The notes beneath the pieces were generated by a model. It saw nothing but the letters and a program-made list of their open reading frames with translations. It was not told the origin of the DNA and did no database searches. DNA of 64,000 nt. It comes from an uncultured Gemmatimonadales bacterium (lineage in GTDB: Bacteria > Gemmatimonadota > Gemmatimonadetes > Gemmatimonadales > GWC2-71-9). The position numbers and the translations under genes are program-made. The stretch is taken from assembly GCA_963739455.1 (NCBI GenBank), contig CAVUAK010000002.1:32001-96000 (forward strand), read 5' to 3'. Shown here piece after piece: positions 9,506 to 20,810 of this stretch (position 1 is the first letter of the stretch; every line of letters starts with the position of its first letter).

Positions 9506-10322
9506 CTATTCGAGGGTTCCACTGAACACGAAGCGACCGCCTCCCTGGAGCCAAACGTCCTCGAACCCACCGGCCGTCGTCGGGGTCGCCCGGACCGACA
9601 GCTGGCTTCCGCTCCGGCTGGCGAACGTCAGCGGCAGCTGGGTCCGGCCCACCTGGACCAGGAGCAGCGCGGCGGCGACCGTCCCGGTCCCGCAGGCCAG
9701 CGTCTCCCCCTCGACTCCTCGTTCGTAGGTCCGGATCAGCCACGGCTCGCCTGGGCCGGCGGGCGGGCTGATGAAGTTCACGTTGGCCCCCTCCGGACCC
9801 AGCGCCGGATCGAACCGGAGCTGCCGGCCTCGCTCCGCCGACATCCAGGCGGTCCACGTCGTCCACCAGGACGATGAGGTGCGGCACCCCCACCAGTCCC
9901 AGCCAGGCCTGGTGCTCCCCGGCTCGGCAGATCCCCTCGATCCGGACCAGTGGTTCGACGGGCGGCAGGTTGATCTCCGCCTCCTGCCCCGACCCCGTGC
10001 AGCGGCTCATGACCTCGCCCGCCGGGGTCAGGAGCGTCATCCCGCCGGCCGGCGCCATGCCCAGCCGGGCCGCGAGCCGCGTGCTGCACAGCGCCGCGTT
10101 CCCGCACATGGCGGCAAACGAACCGTCGGCATTGAAGTACTGCATCCGTACCCGGTCCGGTCCCTCCGGGGTCAGGAGCACAACGCCGTCGGCCCCTACC
10201 CCTGTCTGCCGGGCGCACACCGACGCAATGCGCTCCGCCGGCCAGTCGGAGAGCTGGTGCTCCCGCCCGTCCAGCATCACGAAGTCGTTGCCCGACCCCG
10301 TCATCTTGTAGAAGCGGTGCAA
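9506..10322 (-). CDS. dapF: Diaminopimelate epimerase (frameshift near 9838)
   Basis: KMTGSGNDF, GVGADG, FNADGS, MCGNA, GVPH, NVNF, RTYERGVEGETLACGTG. Confidence 0.93.
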
Positions 10323-10340
10323 AGCGACTCTCCTTGAATA

Positions 10341-10441
10341 ACTGCGTGAGGAGCAACAGCGACTGCGTAAGGAGGAACAGCAACGGCGGTTAGTTTGTCC
10401 GCTGTTTCAGTTCCTCCTCACGCTGTTTCAGTGCCTCCTTA
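10341..10441. repeat. Composite intergenic element: two 21-nt direct repeats facing two inverted, related 21-nt repeats
   Basis: actgcgtgaggagcaacagc / actgcgtaaggaggaacagc (10341, 10362) and cgctgtttcagttcctcctca / cgctgtttcagtgcctcctta (10400, 10421). Confidence 0.8.
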
Positions 10442-10449
10442 CGTTAGTT

Positions 10450-11162
<713 letters not shown>

Positions 11163-11170
<8 letters not shown>

Positions 11171-13521
11171 CCTGCCTCCGCGGGCGGAACGCCGGCACCA
11201 CGATCAGGCCGAGCGCCAGGAGCGATGCGATCAGCGTCACCATCTTCCCCGTGCGATACGACGGCGAGCTGAAGTCGAATGCCACCTCCTTCGCACCGGG
11301 CGGCAGCTCGACGCTGAGGAACGCGTTGTCGGCCCGGAGCACCGTCGCCGCCTTGCCGTCCACGGTGGCGTGCCAGTCGGGATACCAGCTCTCCGACACG
11401 AGCAGCCAGCTCGGTGACGCGGACTGCCCCGTGAGCCCGATCGTCATCTTCCCCGGCTGCCCACTGCGTCACCTTGGCGTCGATCCCCGGGCGAGCCGGA
11501 ATCTGTCCGCCACTCAGTGCCGCCGGATTCACCGACGCGGTGTCGGCGAACAGCACGAGGTCACTCACCGGGAAGCGCGGGTCGAGCACCGTCGGCACCA
11601 GCTGGTCCTCCGGTACCTTGGCCGCGGCGCCAACCACGCGCGCGTATGGCAACAGCGTGTCGCGCTCGAGCAGCACCCCTGGCCCCCGGCCCATGCTCGT
11701 CTCGGCCGGGCCGGCGATCGACGTGAAAGCCCGGCAACCGGTTGCTCCTTGGGAAGCACGATATGGTTCATGGCCAGGAGGTTCCAGACATTCGGGTTCC
11801 CCTCCAGCAGGTTCTTCCAGATGTTCTTGCCGCCCATCAGCTCATCGTAGTAGCGAATCTCGTTGCCGTGATACCCGAGCACCTGCTGGATGTCGTGCGC
11901 CATCAGCACGGAGCCCTGATACACCCCCGGGTCGAACACGCGCGACGGCGGCGCGGACTGCTTCATGCGCGAAATCAGTGCGTCGTCCGCAAAGATCTCC
12001 CTTGCCGGACGGTTCCAGTCGAAGAACAGCCGGTCAATGCTCCACAGGTCGGCAACCACCACCGAAACCAGCAGTGCTGTCGCCAGGCCACCCCGGAGCT
12101 TCCCTGCCGCAATCGCCCAGATGATGGCACCGCCGGCCAGCAGCACGAAGAGGAGCCGCACTGCCCCGCCCTGCAGCGCCCCGGCATTGCCCACCACCTG
12201 CCCCGCCATCTGCTCCTTGGCGAGCGCTACGGCGACGGACTGCAACGCACCAACGGCGCCGAGCAGCGCAATCACTCCGAGCACTCCGGCGCCGATGATG
12301 GCCGCTCGCTTCGACACCTCGCCGCGCAGCAGCCGATCCACTGCCGAGCCCCGCGAACACGCAGGTCACGAACGCCACGAGGTAGAACGCCATGCCCGGC
12401 GCCCGCACCTTCTTCATCAGCGGCATCACCTCGTACCACAGCCGATAGAACGGCGTGTGCCCGCCGAAGGCGATCAGCAGGAACAATCCCCCGATGGCCA
12501 GCAGCGCCCACTTGAGCCGCGGCCGCGCCCTGTCGCCCAGCCCGATGATCGCCAGCAGGATCACGATGGCGCCGACGATACTCGGTGTGCAGCTTGAAGA
12601 AGTTCTGCCCCCAGTACGAGCTGAGCACGCCATTGAACTGCGGCAGGAACGTCGTCATCAGCTCTTCGACCGGCATCGCGAACGCCGGTGGCATAGTCCC
12701 ATCCCTGGTTGGCGCCGCGCGCGCGCATACGGCAGGTAGCTCAGGAACGGGAACGCCTGGATCGCCGAGATCGCGACGCCCAGCACCACGGCACCGAGGC
12801 TCGCCGCCAGCGCCACCGGCCACCGCAGGTTCGCCCGACGATCGTCCGCCCAGAACACCAGGTACAGCGTCCACAGGCCGCCGGCCACCAGCATGTAGTA
12901 GGTGAGCTGGTAGTGCGGGCTGATCATGCAGAGCCCGGTGATGACCGCCACCCATCCGTAGCCGCTCACCTTCCCGTCGCGGATGGCGCGCAGCAGCCCC
13001 AGGAAGAAGAACGGCGCCAGCGCCGACACGAACAGCTTGCCGTCGTGCCCCGGGCTCACCAGCGACGCGAGGATCCCGCTCATCTGGTACGACACGCCCG
13101 CCACCACTGCGCCGGTCCAGCTCACCTTGAGCGCGCGCAGCAGCGCATACATGCCGAGGCCCGCGAGCACGACATGCGCCGGCGTACGCCAGCGTCATCG
13201 CGAGATCTTCGGGCAGGAACCAGCGCAGCCATGCCGACGGGATAGAAAATGTCGCCGTGCATCGCCGCGATGAACGGCATGCCGCCGAAGATGTAGGGAT
13301 TCCACTCCGGGAGTGCGGCCGTGCGCCTTGAAGAATTCGGCGCCGAAATGCCGGAAGGCATAGCCGGTAACCAGCTGGTCACTGCCGTAGATGAACTTCC
13401 CCGCCAGCATCGGCCAGAACAGCGTCAGCATCGCCGCGATGAACACCAGCGACGCGACGAGAAGTGGGTATCGCGGCTCGAAACCGGGTGAGGTCGACTG
13501 CTCAGGATGCGGCACGCACAT
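11163..13521 (-). CDS. YfhO-like polytopic membrane protein, putative GT-C glycosyltransferase (multiple frameshifts)
   Basis: WNPYIFGGMPF...GDIFYP N-terminus, many TM segments, C-terminal LLVSESWYPDWHATVDGK...V.F.F tail typical of YfhO-like proteins; pieces lie in several ORFs. Confidence 0.75.
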
Positions 13522-14419
13522 GCTCCCGCGAAGTAAGGAGGAAGGGCACCGCCGCCCCGACCTCGGTGATCGTCAACATGACTCGTGACGCGATGGCCAG
13601 CGCCGCTGCACCCGGCGCGCCCAGCGTGCCCTGCAGCATCAGGATGAACACGCTCTCCCGCACGCCCAGCCCCGCCGGTGCCACCACCGCCAGCAGTCCC
13701 GCCACGTACGACGCGGCGAATGCGCCGATGCACTGCACCAGTGTGGGTGCCTGGTCGAACACCCCGCGTGCCAGCAGCCAGAGCGCGGCACCGTAGCCGC
13801 ACCACGCCAGGATGTTGGCCCCGGCCGCAGCCAGGAGGGCACCCGGTGCCGGCGCGGCCGGCGTGCCCGCCTTGAGTCGCGCCAGCGCCAGCACCCGCGC
13901 CACCGCGCCCGGCCACATGAGGAACAGGATGCCCGCGATGCTCACGCCAAGGAGCACCGCGAGCGCCACCCGGATCCATGGATACTGGGTCTCCAGCAGG
14001 GACGTGCCGGTGACGCCAACCACCACGGCACCCGCGGCCACCGAGAGCGCCTGGTTGAGCACCGCGGCACCCGTTGCCACCCAGGGCGCCACCCCCACCT
14101 GCCCCGACATCACGGCCATCCCGGCGATCGCCCAGACCTTCCCTGGCAGGTACTTGCCGAGGCTCGAGACGATCCAGATGCGCGCCGCGGCGCCGAGCGT
14201 CATGGCCTGGCCCCACCCGGTGACGAGCCCGCGCCAAGCCAAGATGAGTACCGCATACATCGTCCAGGTGAGGCACGCGCTCGCCACGAGCAGCAGCGGC
14301 TTGAAGTGCCACGCAACCGGTGCCCGCTGCGCGTCCGACCACGCGTGCCACAACTGTCGCAGTGCCAGCACCACCAGCAGTGTGCCCAGCGTCAGCCGGA
14401 CCATCTTCCATGCGCTCAC
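13502..14419 (-). CDS. Lysylphosphatidylglycerol-synthase-TM / flippase-like membrane protein
   Basis: LGKYLPGKVW and PAGLGVRE motifs with multiple TMs; own GTG start at 14419 overlapping the probable GT4 stop. Confidence 0.8.
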   Translation of the reverse strand: MSAWKMVRLTLGTLLVVLALRQLWHAWSDAQRAPVAWHFKPLLLVASACLTWTMYAVLILAWRGLVTGWGQAMTLGAAARIWIVSSLGKYLPGKVWAIAGMAVMSGQVGVAPWVATGAAVLNQALSVAAGAVVVGVTGTSLLETQYPWIRVALAVLLGVSIAGILFLMWPGAVARVLALARLKAGTPAAPAPGALLAAAGANILAWCGYGAALWLLARGVFDQAPTLVQCIGAFAASYVAGLLAVVAPAGLGVRESVFILMLQGTLGAPGAAALAIASRVMLTITEVGAAVPFLLTSREHVRAAS

Positions 14420-15559
14420 GTACGAAGCGCCTCGCTGATACCAGCCCTCGCACACCTCCGCCACCCGGGCGGGCGACAACTTGTGCCGCCACTCCGCGCC
14501 GGCTCGCCGCGCCAGTTCCGGCGTCTCCGGGTCCTGCAGCAGCCCCAGCGCCGCGTCGGCGATGGCCTCGCCCGACGGGATGACCAGCCGGCCGGCACCA
14601 TGCTCCGGCACCACATCGAGCACGCCGCCGCCGTCCCAGCACGACACCACCGGCACGCCGCGCATGAGCGCCTCCGCCGCCACCAGCCCGAAGCCCTCGC
14701 CCTCCGCCGGGAAGAGCATCAGGTCGGCGCGACAAAGCAGGTCGAGCACCTTGGTACGCGTGAGCCCGCCCGCGAAGGTCACCTGCGCGGACAGGTCGAG
14801 GGCGGCGGTGCGCTGCTCCAGCGCGGCGCGTTCCGGTCCGTCACCAATGATCGTCAGTGGCAGGCGCACGTCGAGGTCCCGAAGGCAGGCCAGCGCCTCG
14901 AGCGCCAGGTGCACCCGCTTCTGCGGCGTGAGGCGCGATACCACCATGAGCCCTGCCCCGCCGGTGGTCCAGCGATCGTCCGCCAGCGGCACCGGCATCG
15001 GCTGCACCCGTTCCGGCTCGATGAAGGTGCCGAGCGACTCGCGGATCGTCGTGGCGATGGGATGGGACACGGTGGTGACCACCCGCGCGCGGCGGAACAG
15101 CGGCCGTGCCAGCGTGCGCGCGAGCTTGGATTGCTGCAGCAGGCGCGCGTCGGTGCCATGCACCGTCAGCACCAGCGGCGCACTCGTGGGAGACGCGAGT
15201 CCGCCAGGTACCCACCAGTGCGCATGCACCAGCTGCGCACCCGCGGCGAGTTCGGCCTGCGTCGCGCGGCGCATGGCGCGCCACAGGCCGAACAGGGCGC
15301 GCATCCCGCCCTGCATCCGCACCGCGTCGAGCATGGTGCCGCGGTAGGCCAGCGTCTCGTTCTTCGGCTGTGCATACCGCACCCGCCGCACCGGAATGCC
15401 CTCCACCTCGGCGGGGCCGACATCGCCGGCATCGGACGGAGCCACGACCACCACTTCGACGCCGCGGGCCTGCAGCCCGTGCGCGAGCGGCACCAGGAAG
15501 TTCCCGGAGACGTCCCCGGGGAACCTGGGGAAGTTGTGGGTGAGGAACACGACCCGCAC
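14416..15559 (-). CDS. GT4 family glycosyltransferase
   Basis: HAHWWVPGG, IIGDGPER, EGFGLVAAEAL (EX7E); alternative-frame stop TGA at 14416-14418. Confidence 0.88.
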
Positions 15560-15561
15560 GG

Positions 15562-16518
15562 TCAGTCCCGCGGATCGCCCTGGGACCGGCGCGCGAGTTC
15601 CCGCGCGAGTGCGCGGTTCTCCTCCCGCATGCCGGCGATGAGCTCCCCAACGAAGCCGAAGCCGAAGAGGACGACGCCACAGATGACCATCGTCTCCACC
15701 AGGTTGAGCAGCGGCCGGAAGCCATAGCCGAAGCCGAACCGGAGGACGAGCGCCGTGATGCCCGCGAGGAGGCCCACGAGGAACAGCATCGCGCCGCCCA
15801 CGCCGAAGAAGAGCATCGGCTTCCGGCCGAAGCGGAGCTGGAACCAGACGGAGATGAGGTCGATGACACCCACCGGGATGCGGCGCCAGTTGAACTTCGA
15901 CGTGCCGTGCCGGCGTGGGTGCAGCGGAACCGGCCGCGAGTCGAGGCGGAATCCATCCACCGCCGCGATGACCACCATGTACCGGTGCCAGTCGGGCCGG
16001 AGGGGTACGTGGTCCATGACCTGGCGACGGAAAGCCTTGACGGAGTTCATGTCCGTCACTGTTACCCCGAAGAGCCAGCGACAGAGCCTGTTGTAGATCC
16101 CGGAGACGAACGCCTTGTCGTATTGCCCCTGCTTGGTGCCGGTCACCACGTCCGCCTGGCCCGCGAGGATCGGCGCAACCAGTTTCGGGATGTCCTCCGG
16201 CAGGTACTGCAGGTCGGCGGGATAGAACACGAAGACATCGCCGCGCGCCACGTCGCTCGCGGAGCGCAGCGCATCGGCGATGCCCCGCTGGGTACGGTGA
16301 TGCACCACCCGCAGGAACGAGTAGCGGGACGCCAGGTCGCTGAGCACCTCGGCGCTGTCGTCCCGGCTGCCGTCGTTCACCACGATCACTTCAGCCGTGA
16401 AGGGTGCGGCCCGCAGCGCCTCGTCGCAGAGGCGGGCGAACTCCGGCAGGTTCTCGACCTCGTCCTTGGCCGGCACGAGGACGCTCACGTCCACATGGGT
16501 GGCCGGCGAAAACGTCAT
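15562..16518 (-). CDS. GT2 family glycosyltransferase (ArnC/GtrB-like, undecaprenyl-phosphate sugar transferase)
   Basis: VNDGSRD, ADLQY.PEDI, HRY, R.HGTSKF and two C-terminal TM helices. Confidence 0.88.
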   Translation of the reverse strand: MTFSPATHVDVSVLVPAKDEVENLPEFARLCDEALRAAPFTAEVIVVNDGSRDDSAEVLSDLASRYSFLRVVHHRTQRGIADALRSASDVARGDVFVFYPADLQYLPEDIPKLVAPILAGQADVVTGTKQGQYDKAFVSGIYNRLCRWLFGVTVTDMNSVKAFRRQVMDHVPLRPDWHRYMVVIAAVDGFRLDSRPVPLHPRRHGTSKFNWRRIPVGVIDLISVWFQLRFGRKPMLFFGVGGAMLFLVGLLAGITALVLRFGFGYGFRPLLNLVETMVICGVVLFGFGFVGELIAGMREENRALARELARRSQGDPRD

Positions 16519-18086
16519 ACCCGCTTTCGCATCCGAGCCGGCAGGATGCCAAGCTGGTCGCGGTACTTCGCCACCGTCCGGCGCGCGATCTGGATGCCCT
16601 GCTCCTGGAACAGGTGCACAATCTGCTGGTCCGTCAGCGGCTTCTTGGGGTCTTCCTCGGCCACCATCTTCTCCAGCTTCGCGCGGATACTGCGCGCGCT
16701 GGCATCCTCACCCGACGAGGTGGAGAGCGCACTGGAGAAGAAGAACTTGAGCGGCAGGACCCCGCGCGGCGTCTGCACGTACTTCTCGTTCGTCACCCGG
16801 CTCACGGTGGACTCATGCATGTTGATCACCTCGGCCACTTCGCGCAGGGTCAGCGGCTTGAGGTACTCGACGCCCTTCTCGAAGAAGTCACGCTGCCGGT
16901 CCACGATGAAGTTCATCACCTTGAGCATCGTCTGGCGGCGCTGCTCGATCGCCTGGATCATCCAGTTGGCGCTGTTCATCTTCTGCGCGATGAACTCGCG
17001 GTTCTCTGGTGTCAGCTTCTTCTTGTCGCGGGCGATCTCCTGGTAGGAGCGGCTCAGCCTCAGCCGGGGCACCCCGGTGTCGTTCAGGAACACCTTGTAC
17101 TGGCCATCGATCTTGTCCACCACCAGGTCGGGCAGGATGTACGCGTCGCCCTTCTCCGCATGCTTGAGGCCCGGCTTGGGATCGAAGCGTGCCAGCTCAT
17201 CGGCGGCCTGCTGCACCGCGGCAGGATCGACGTTGAAGCGCTTCGCCAGGTCGTTCCAGCGGTGCGCGATCAGGTCGGGGAATGCCTCGTCCACCAGCCG
17301 GTGGGTCAGGGCGGGCGTGCCCTTCGATTCGCGGAGCTGCAGCAGCAGGCACTCGCGCAGGTCACGGGCGCCGATGCCCGGCGGGTCCAGCTTCTGGATG
17401 ATGGCGAGCATCTGCTCCAGGTCCGCCATCGAGTAGAGCAGCTCGGGCGGAAGGTCGGCCCACGATGGCCTGGAAGGCAGGGCACCGTCCTCGGTCAGCA
17501 GTGCCGGATGTGCGTCCGGCGCCTCGTCCAGCACCTCGACGAACTCTTCCTCGTCCTCGTCGTCGCTGTTGCCGCCGTTCCGCGCCGCATGATGCGCGGC
17601 CATCAGGCTGTTCACCGAGTCGAGGATCTCGTCCAGCGACGCCGCGAGGTATCCGTCGTCGTTGATGTTGCCCACGAACTCCTCGGCCAGCAGCTGCTGC
17701 CGCGGCGTCAGGTCGAGCATCTGCAGCTGGTCCTGCAGGTGGTCCGCGAGGGTGGTGGTCTCGACCGTCACCGGCTCGGTGTATTCGAGTTGCTCATACT
17801 GTTCCCGCGTGCCGCCCACATCGAAGCCGTTGAGGAGGATCTCCTCCCAGTCCACCTCGTCTTCCTTCTGCTGCTGCTCCTTCTCCAGCTTGGTATCCGC
17901 CTGCTCCGGGTTCTCGTCTTCCTCCGGTTCCAGCAGCTCCAGGAACGGGTTGGCCAGCAGCTCCTGTTTCAGGTGCTGCTGCAGGTCCATCATGGGCATG
18001 TAGAGCATGTCCATGGCCTGGTAGAGCCGCGGGTTGACCCGCAGCTCCTGGCGCATCGATGTCTGCTGCGACAGCCCTGTTCTCAT
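16515..18086 (-). CDS. rpoN: RNA polymerase sigma-54 factor
   Basis: Gln/Leu-rich region I, DPPGIGARDLRECLLLQL, HESTVSRV, RpoN box ARRTVAKYR. Confidence 0.97.
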   Translation of the reverse strand: MRTGLSQQTSMRQELRVNPRLYQAMDMLYMPMMDLQQHLKQELLANPFLELLEPEEDENPEQADTKLEKEQQQKEDEVDWEEILLNGFDVGGTREQYEQLEYTEPVTVETTTLADHLQDQLQMLDLTPRQQLLAEEFVGNINDDGYLAASLDEILDSVNSLMAAHHAARNGGNSDDEDEEEFVEVLDEAPDAHPALLTEDGALPSRPSWADLPPELLYSMADLEQMLAIIQKLDPPGIGARDLRECLLLQLRESKGTPALTHRLVDEAFPDLIAHRWNDLAKRFNVDPAAVQQAADELARFDPKPGLKHAEKGDAYILPDLVVDKIDGQYKVFLNDTGVPRLRLSRSYQEIARDKKKLTPENREFIAQKMNSANWMIQAIEQRRQTMLKVMNFIVDRQRDFFEKGVEYLKPLTLREVAEVINMHESTVSRVTNEKYVQTPRGVLPLKFFFSSALSTSSGEDASARSIRAKLEKMVAEEDPKKPLTDQQIVHLFQEQGIQIARRTVAKYRDQLGILPARMRKRV

Positions 18087-18877
18087 GGACAGCCCCCCCA
18101 GCGCGCGCGCAGGCGTGCCGTAAGCGTGGGACCCAGGTAGAGGCGCGCGATTTCCTCATCGCACACGAGTTCCTTCACCGTGCCGGATTTCGCCACGCGA
18201 CCCTCGCTCATGATGTACGCCCGGTCGACGATATCGAGCGTCTGCTCGACATTGTGATCGGTGATCAGCACGCCGATGCCCCGGTGCCGCAGGCCGGCGA
18301 CGATACTCTGGATGTCGTGCACTGCAATCGGGTCCACCCCCGCGAACGGCTCGTCCAGCAGCATGAACTTGGGCTCGCTCACCAGCGCCCGGGTGATCTC
18401 CAGCCGGCGTCGCTCCCCGCCGCTCAGCGAATACGCCGGGCTCTTCCGCAGATGCGCGATCGACAGCTCCTCCAGCATCCGTTCCAGCAGCAGGGCCTGC
18501 TCCGCCTTCGGCAGGCGCCGGCGCTCGAGGATGGCGCGCACATTCTCCTCGACCGTCAGCTTGCGGAACACCGAGGGTTCCTGCGACAGGTACCCGATGC
18601 CATGCCGCGCACGCTTGTACATCGGCCACTTGCTGACGTCGGTGCCGTCCAGCACCACCCGCCCCGCTTCTGCCCGGATCAGGCCGACCATCAGGTAGAA
18701 CGTCGTGGTCTTGCCGGCGCCGTTTGGCCCCAGCAGCCCCACGATCTCGCCCTGGCGGAGCGACACCGACACGTCGTCGACCACCCGACGCCCGCGGAAA
18801 CTCTTGCTGAGCCCGATGCCCTCGACCAGCGCCGCACCGGTTCCGGCGCGTGCCGCCACTTGCTCGACTGCCGTCAC
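18083..18877 (-). CDS. lptB: LPS export ABC ATPase LptB
   Basis: [43 protein letters not shown]; adjacent to rpoN. Confidence 0.95.
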   Translation of the reverse strand: MTAVEQVAARAGTGAALVEGIGLSKSFRGRRVVDDVSVSLRQGEIVGLLGPNGAGKTTTFYLMVGLIRAEAGRVVLDGTDVSKWPMYKRARHGIGYLSQEPSVFRKLTVEENVRAILERRRLPKAEQALLLERMLEELSIAHLRKSPAYSLSGGERRRLEITRALVSEPKFMLLDEPFAGVDPIAVHDIQSIVAGLRHRGIGVLITDHNVEQTLDIVDRAYIMSEGRVAKSGTVKELVCDEEIARLYLGPTLTARLRARWGGCP

Positions 18878-20238
18878 GGCGGCGACGTCCGCGGCAACCC
18901 GATCGTTGGCGTTGAGAGGCTGGCGGGCGGCTTGATCTTCACCGGCTTGCTCGTCCCCGGCTCCAGCTGGAGTCCGTCGACATTGCCGAAGAGGTCCACC
19001 CGCTCCATGCCGCCTTCGCCGGTGGTCGCCATCTGCACCACGATGCGGTCAGCCCTGGCATAGGTGAGCGACGGCAGTGCCTTCTTCGTGCTGTCAACCG
19101 GCTTGTTCTTGTCGACCGCGCGATAGAACGACTTGGCCCCGTCCAGCGCCTCGAGCTGGTGCACCTTGCTGGTCGTCGAGCCCGCCGAGTCGCGTTCCAC
19201 AAAGCGGATGATCACCGTATCGCCCGCGACCCAGTCACGCTCGCCAGTCCCTGAATCGGGCTTGGTGCCCGCCCACGCATTGAAGAAGGCCCGCACTTCC
19301 TTGAGCACCCCTTTCGGCGTGTCGATCGCCAGGGAGTCGCCGCGCAGCTCGTAGTCGCCGGCCAGCCCGACTGGCCGACGTGTCTTCCCCCACGCCCTCG
19401 TGAGCTCGGCCTTCTTCTCCTTGAGCGCGATCGACACCGTGTCTCCGGTCAAGTCCACCTTGCCGGTCACGGCATGCGCACTGTCGAGCGCAATGATGCC
19501 GGTCAGGTCCTTCTCATCCAGCGTGAAGTCGATGCGCTTCCCCGTCAGGTCGAAGGTGTCCTTGCCGAACCCTCGCAGTGTTGGCTGGCCGCCGATCATC
19601 GAACCCTTGCCATCTTTGCCGGTGCGAAGCCATAGCGAGTCACCGCGCGCGGTGAGGTCGCTCCGGTCGATGGTGACCTTCCCGCCGGCCCAGACCTGGT
19701 TCTCGCCCTTCTGCCGGATCCGGTCGCCCACGATGATGTACGGCTCTGCCTTGGCACCCGACGAGTCCTTCGGGATGTAGCGGATCGTGGGGCGGCCGAT
19801 GGACCAGGTCTCCACGGTGTCGCGCACGCCGGCCACCGCCCGCAGGTAGTCGAGGCTTGGCCCATCCATCGTCGAGCCGGTCGAAAGGTTGACCGTGTGC
19901 ACCTTGCCTCGCGCTTCCCATCGCTCGCCGTCCTTGTAGTAGGTGCCGTTCTCGGCATCCATGGTGACGGTCGAGTCCTTGTAGCGCACGTTACCGATGA
20001 ACTGGACGACTGTACCGGCGTAGGCGGCAACGCTGTCGCTCTTCATCGAGATCGCCGTGCCGGCACAGGTGATGAGCACCCCGCCGCCGGCGAAGTAGTT
20101 GTCGCCGACCATGGTCGGGACCTTCCGGCCGCTGTCGCCCACGAACTGGATGCGGAAGCGGCACTTCTTCGTGTCCTGCGCCGAGAGTGCGCCCGCAGCA
20201 CCCAGCATGAGCAGCGCCGTCAAGAGCGTTCGCCTCAC
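18874..20238 (-). CDS. Long secreted OstA/LptA-like beta-jellyroll protein
   Basis: Signal peptide, repeated beta-strand units (GDSL, ADRI, GNV); sits between lptC and lptB. Confidence 0.65.
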   Translation of the reverse strand: MRRTLLTALLMLGAAGALSAQDTKKCRFRIQFVGDSGRKVPTMVGDNYFAGGGVLITCAGTAISMKSDSVAAYAGTVVQFIGNVRYKDSTVTMDAENGTYYKDGERWEARGKVHTVNLSTGSTMDGPSLDYLRAVAGVRDTVETWSIGRPTIRYIPKDSSGAKAEPYIIVGDRIRQKGENQVWAGGKVTIDRSDLTARGDSLWLRTGKDGKGSMIGGQPTLRGFGKDTFDLTGKRIDFTLDEKDLTGIIALDSAHAVTGKVDLTGDTVSIALKEKKAELTRAWGKTRRPVGLAGDYELRGDSLAIDTPKGVLKEVRAFFNAWAGTKPDSGTGERDWVAGDTVIIRFVERDSAGSTTSKVHQLEALDGAKSFYRAVDKNKPVDSTKKALPSLTYARADRIVVQMATTGEGGMERVDLFGNVDGLQLEPGTSKPVKIKPPASLSTPTIGLPRTSPP

Positions 20239-20810
20239 GTTGTGTCCGGCTTCTGCCCTGGAAGGTCGAAGCCCTCGCCGCTGGTCTGTCCGCTCGGCTC
20301 ATTCACCACGATGTGCTCGAACCGCATGTCCGACCGGAAGCCCTTGCCCTGGAGGTGATCATCGGCCTTGTCGAACGTGAAGAAGAGCGGAGTCGTCAGC
20401 TCCTTCTTCGTTGCGTCATAGAAGAGCTGCTCCGACTTGAGCACCCGTCCATCGGCCGACCGGAGCACCACGTTGCTGTCGGCCGTCATGTTGCCGGTCT
20501 GCCACTTGTACGTGCCCACCTTCGAGGTAATCGTCGCGTTCGGCTTCCCGGCGCTGTCGATGAACACCAGCTTCATGTTGCGCAGCACCGTGGTCTGCGT
20601 CGGGTCGTAGAAGTACGCCGTATCGGCCGTCAGCTCTCCCTCGCGCACACCGTCGCGGGTGAGGAAGTGCACGAACCCGAACAGCACCTGGTCCGCCGAA
20701 TCAGACGCTGAAACGACGGTACTTGGCTTGACCCCGCCGGCCTCATTACAGGCCGCGAAGCCGCTGCATCCCAGGACCAGCGCCAGCACACCGAGACGGC
20801 TGGCGATCAC
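20235..20810 (-). CDS. lptC: LPS export periplasmic protein LptC
   Basis: Lipoprotein-like N-terminus, LTADTAY, LKSEQLFYD, GKGFRSD; position in kdsD-lptC-lptA-lptB. Confidence 0.8.
   Translation of the reverse strand: MIASRLGVLALVLGCSGFAACNEAGGVKPSTVVSASDSADQVLFGFVHFLTRDGVREGELTADTAYFYDPTQTTVLRNMKLVFIDSAGKPNATITSKVGTYKWQTGNMTADSNVVLRSADGRVLKSEQLFYDATKKELTTPLFFTFDKADDHLQGKGFRSDMRFEHIVVNEPSGQTSGEGFDLPGQKPDTT

Noticed and set aside
9299..9877. 192-aa + strand ORF covering the AT-rich gap
   Set aside because: No recognisable motif or codon bias; it runs over the dif site and antisense into dapF.
10341..10441. Possible mini-CRISPR array
   Set aside because: The repeats abut without unique spacers, there are only two copies per orientation, and no cas genes are present.
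13502..15559. Apparent 685-aa GT4-flippase fusion ORF
   Set aside because: A GTGA start/stop overlap sits at 14416-14419 exactly at the domain boundary. One indel just upstream gives two ordinary coupled genes, and indels are frequent in this assembly.
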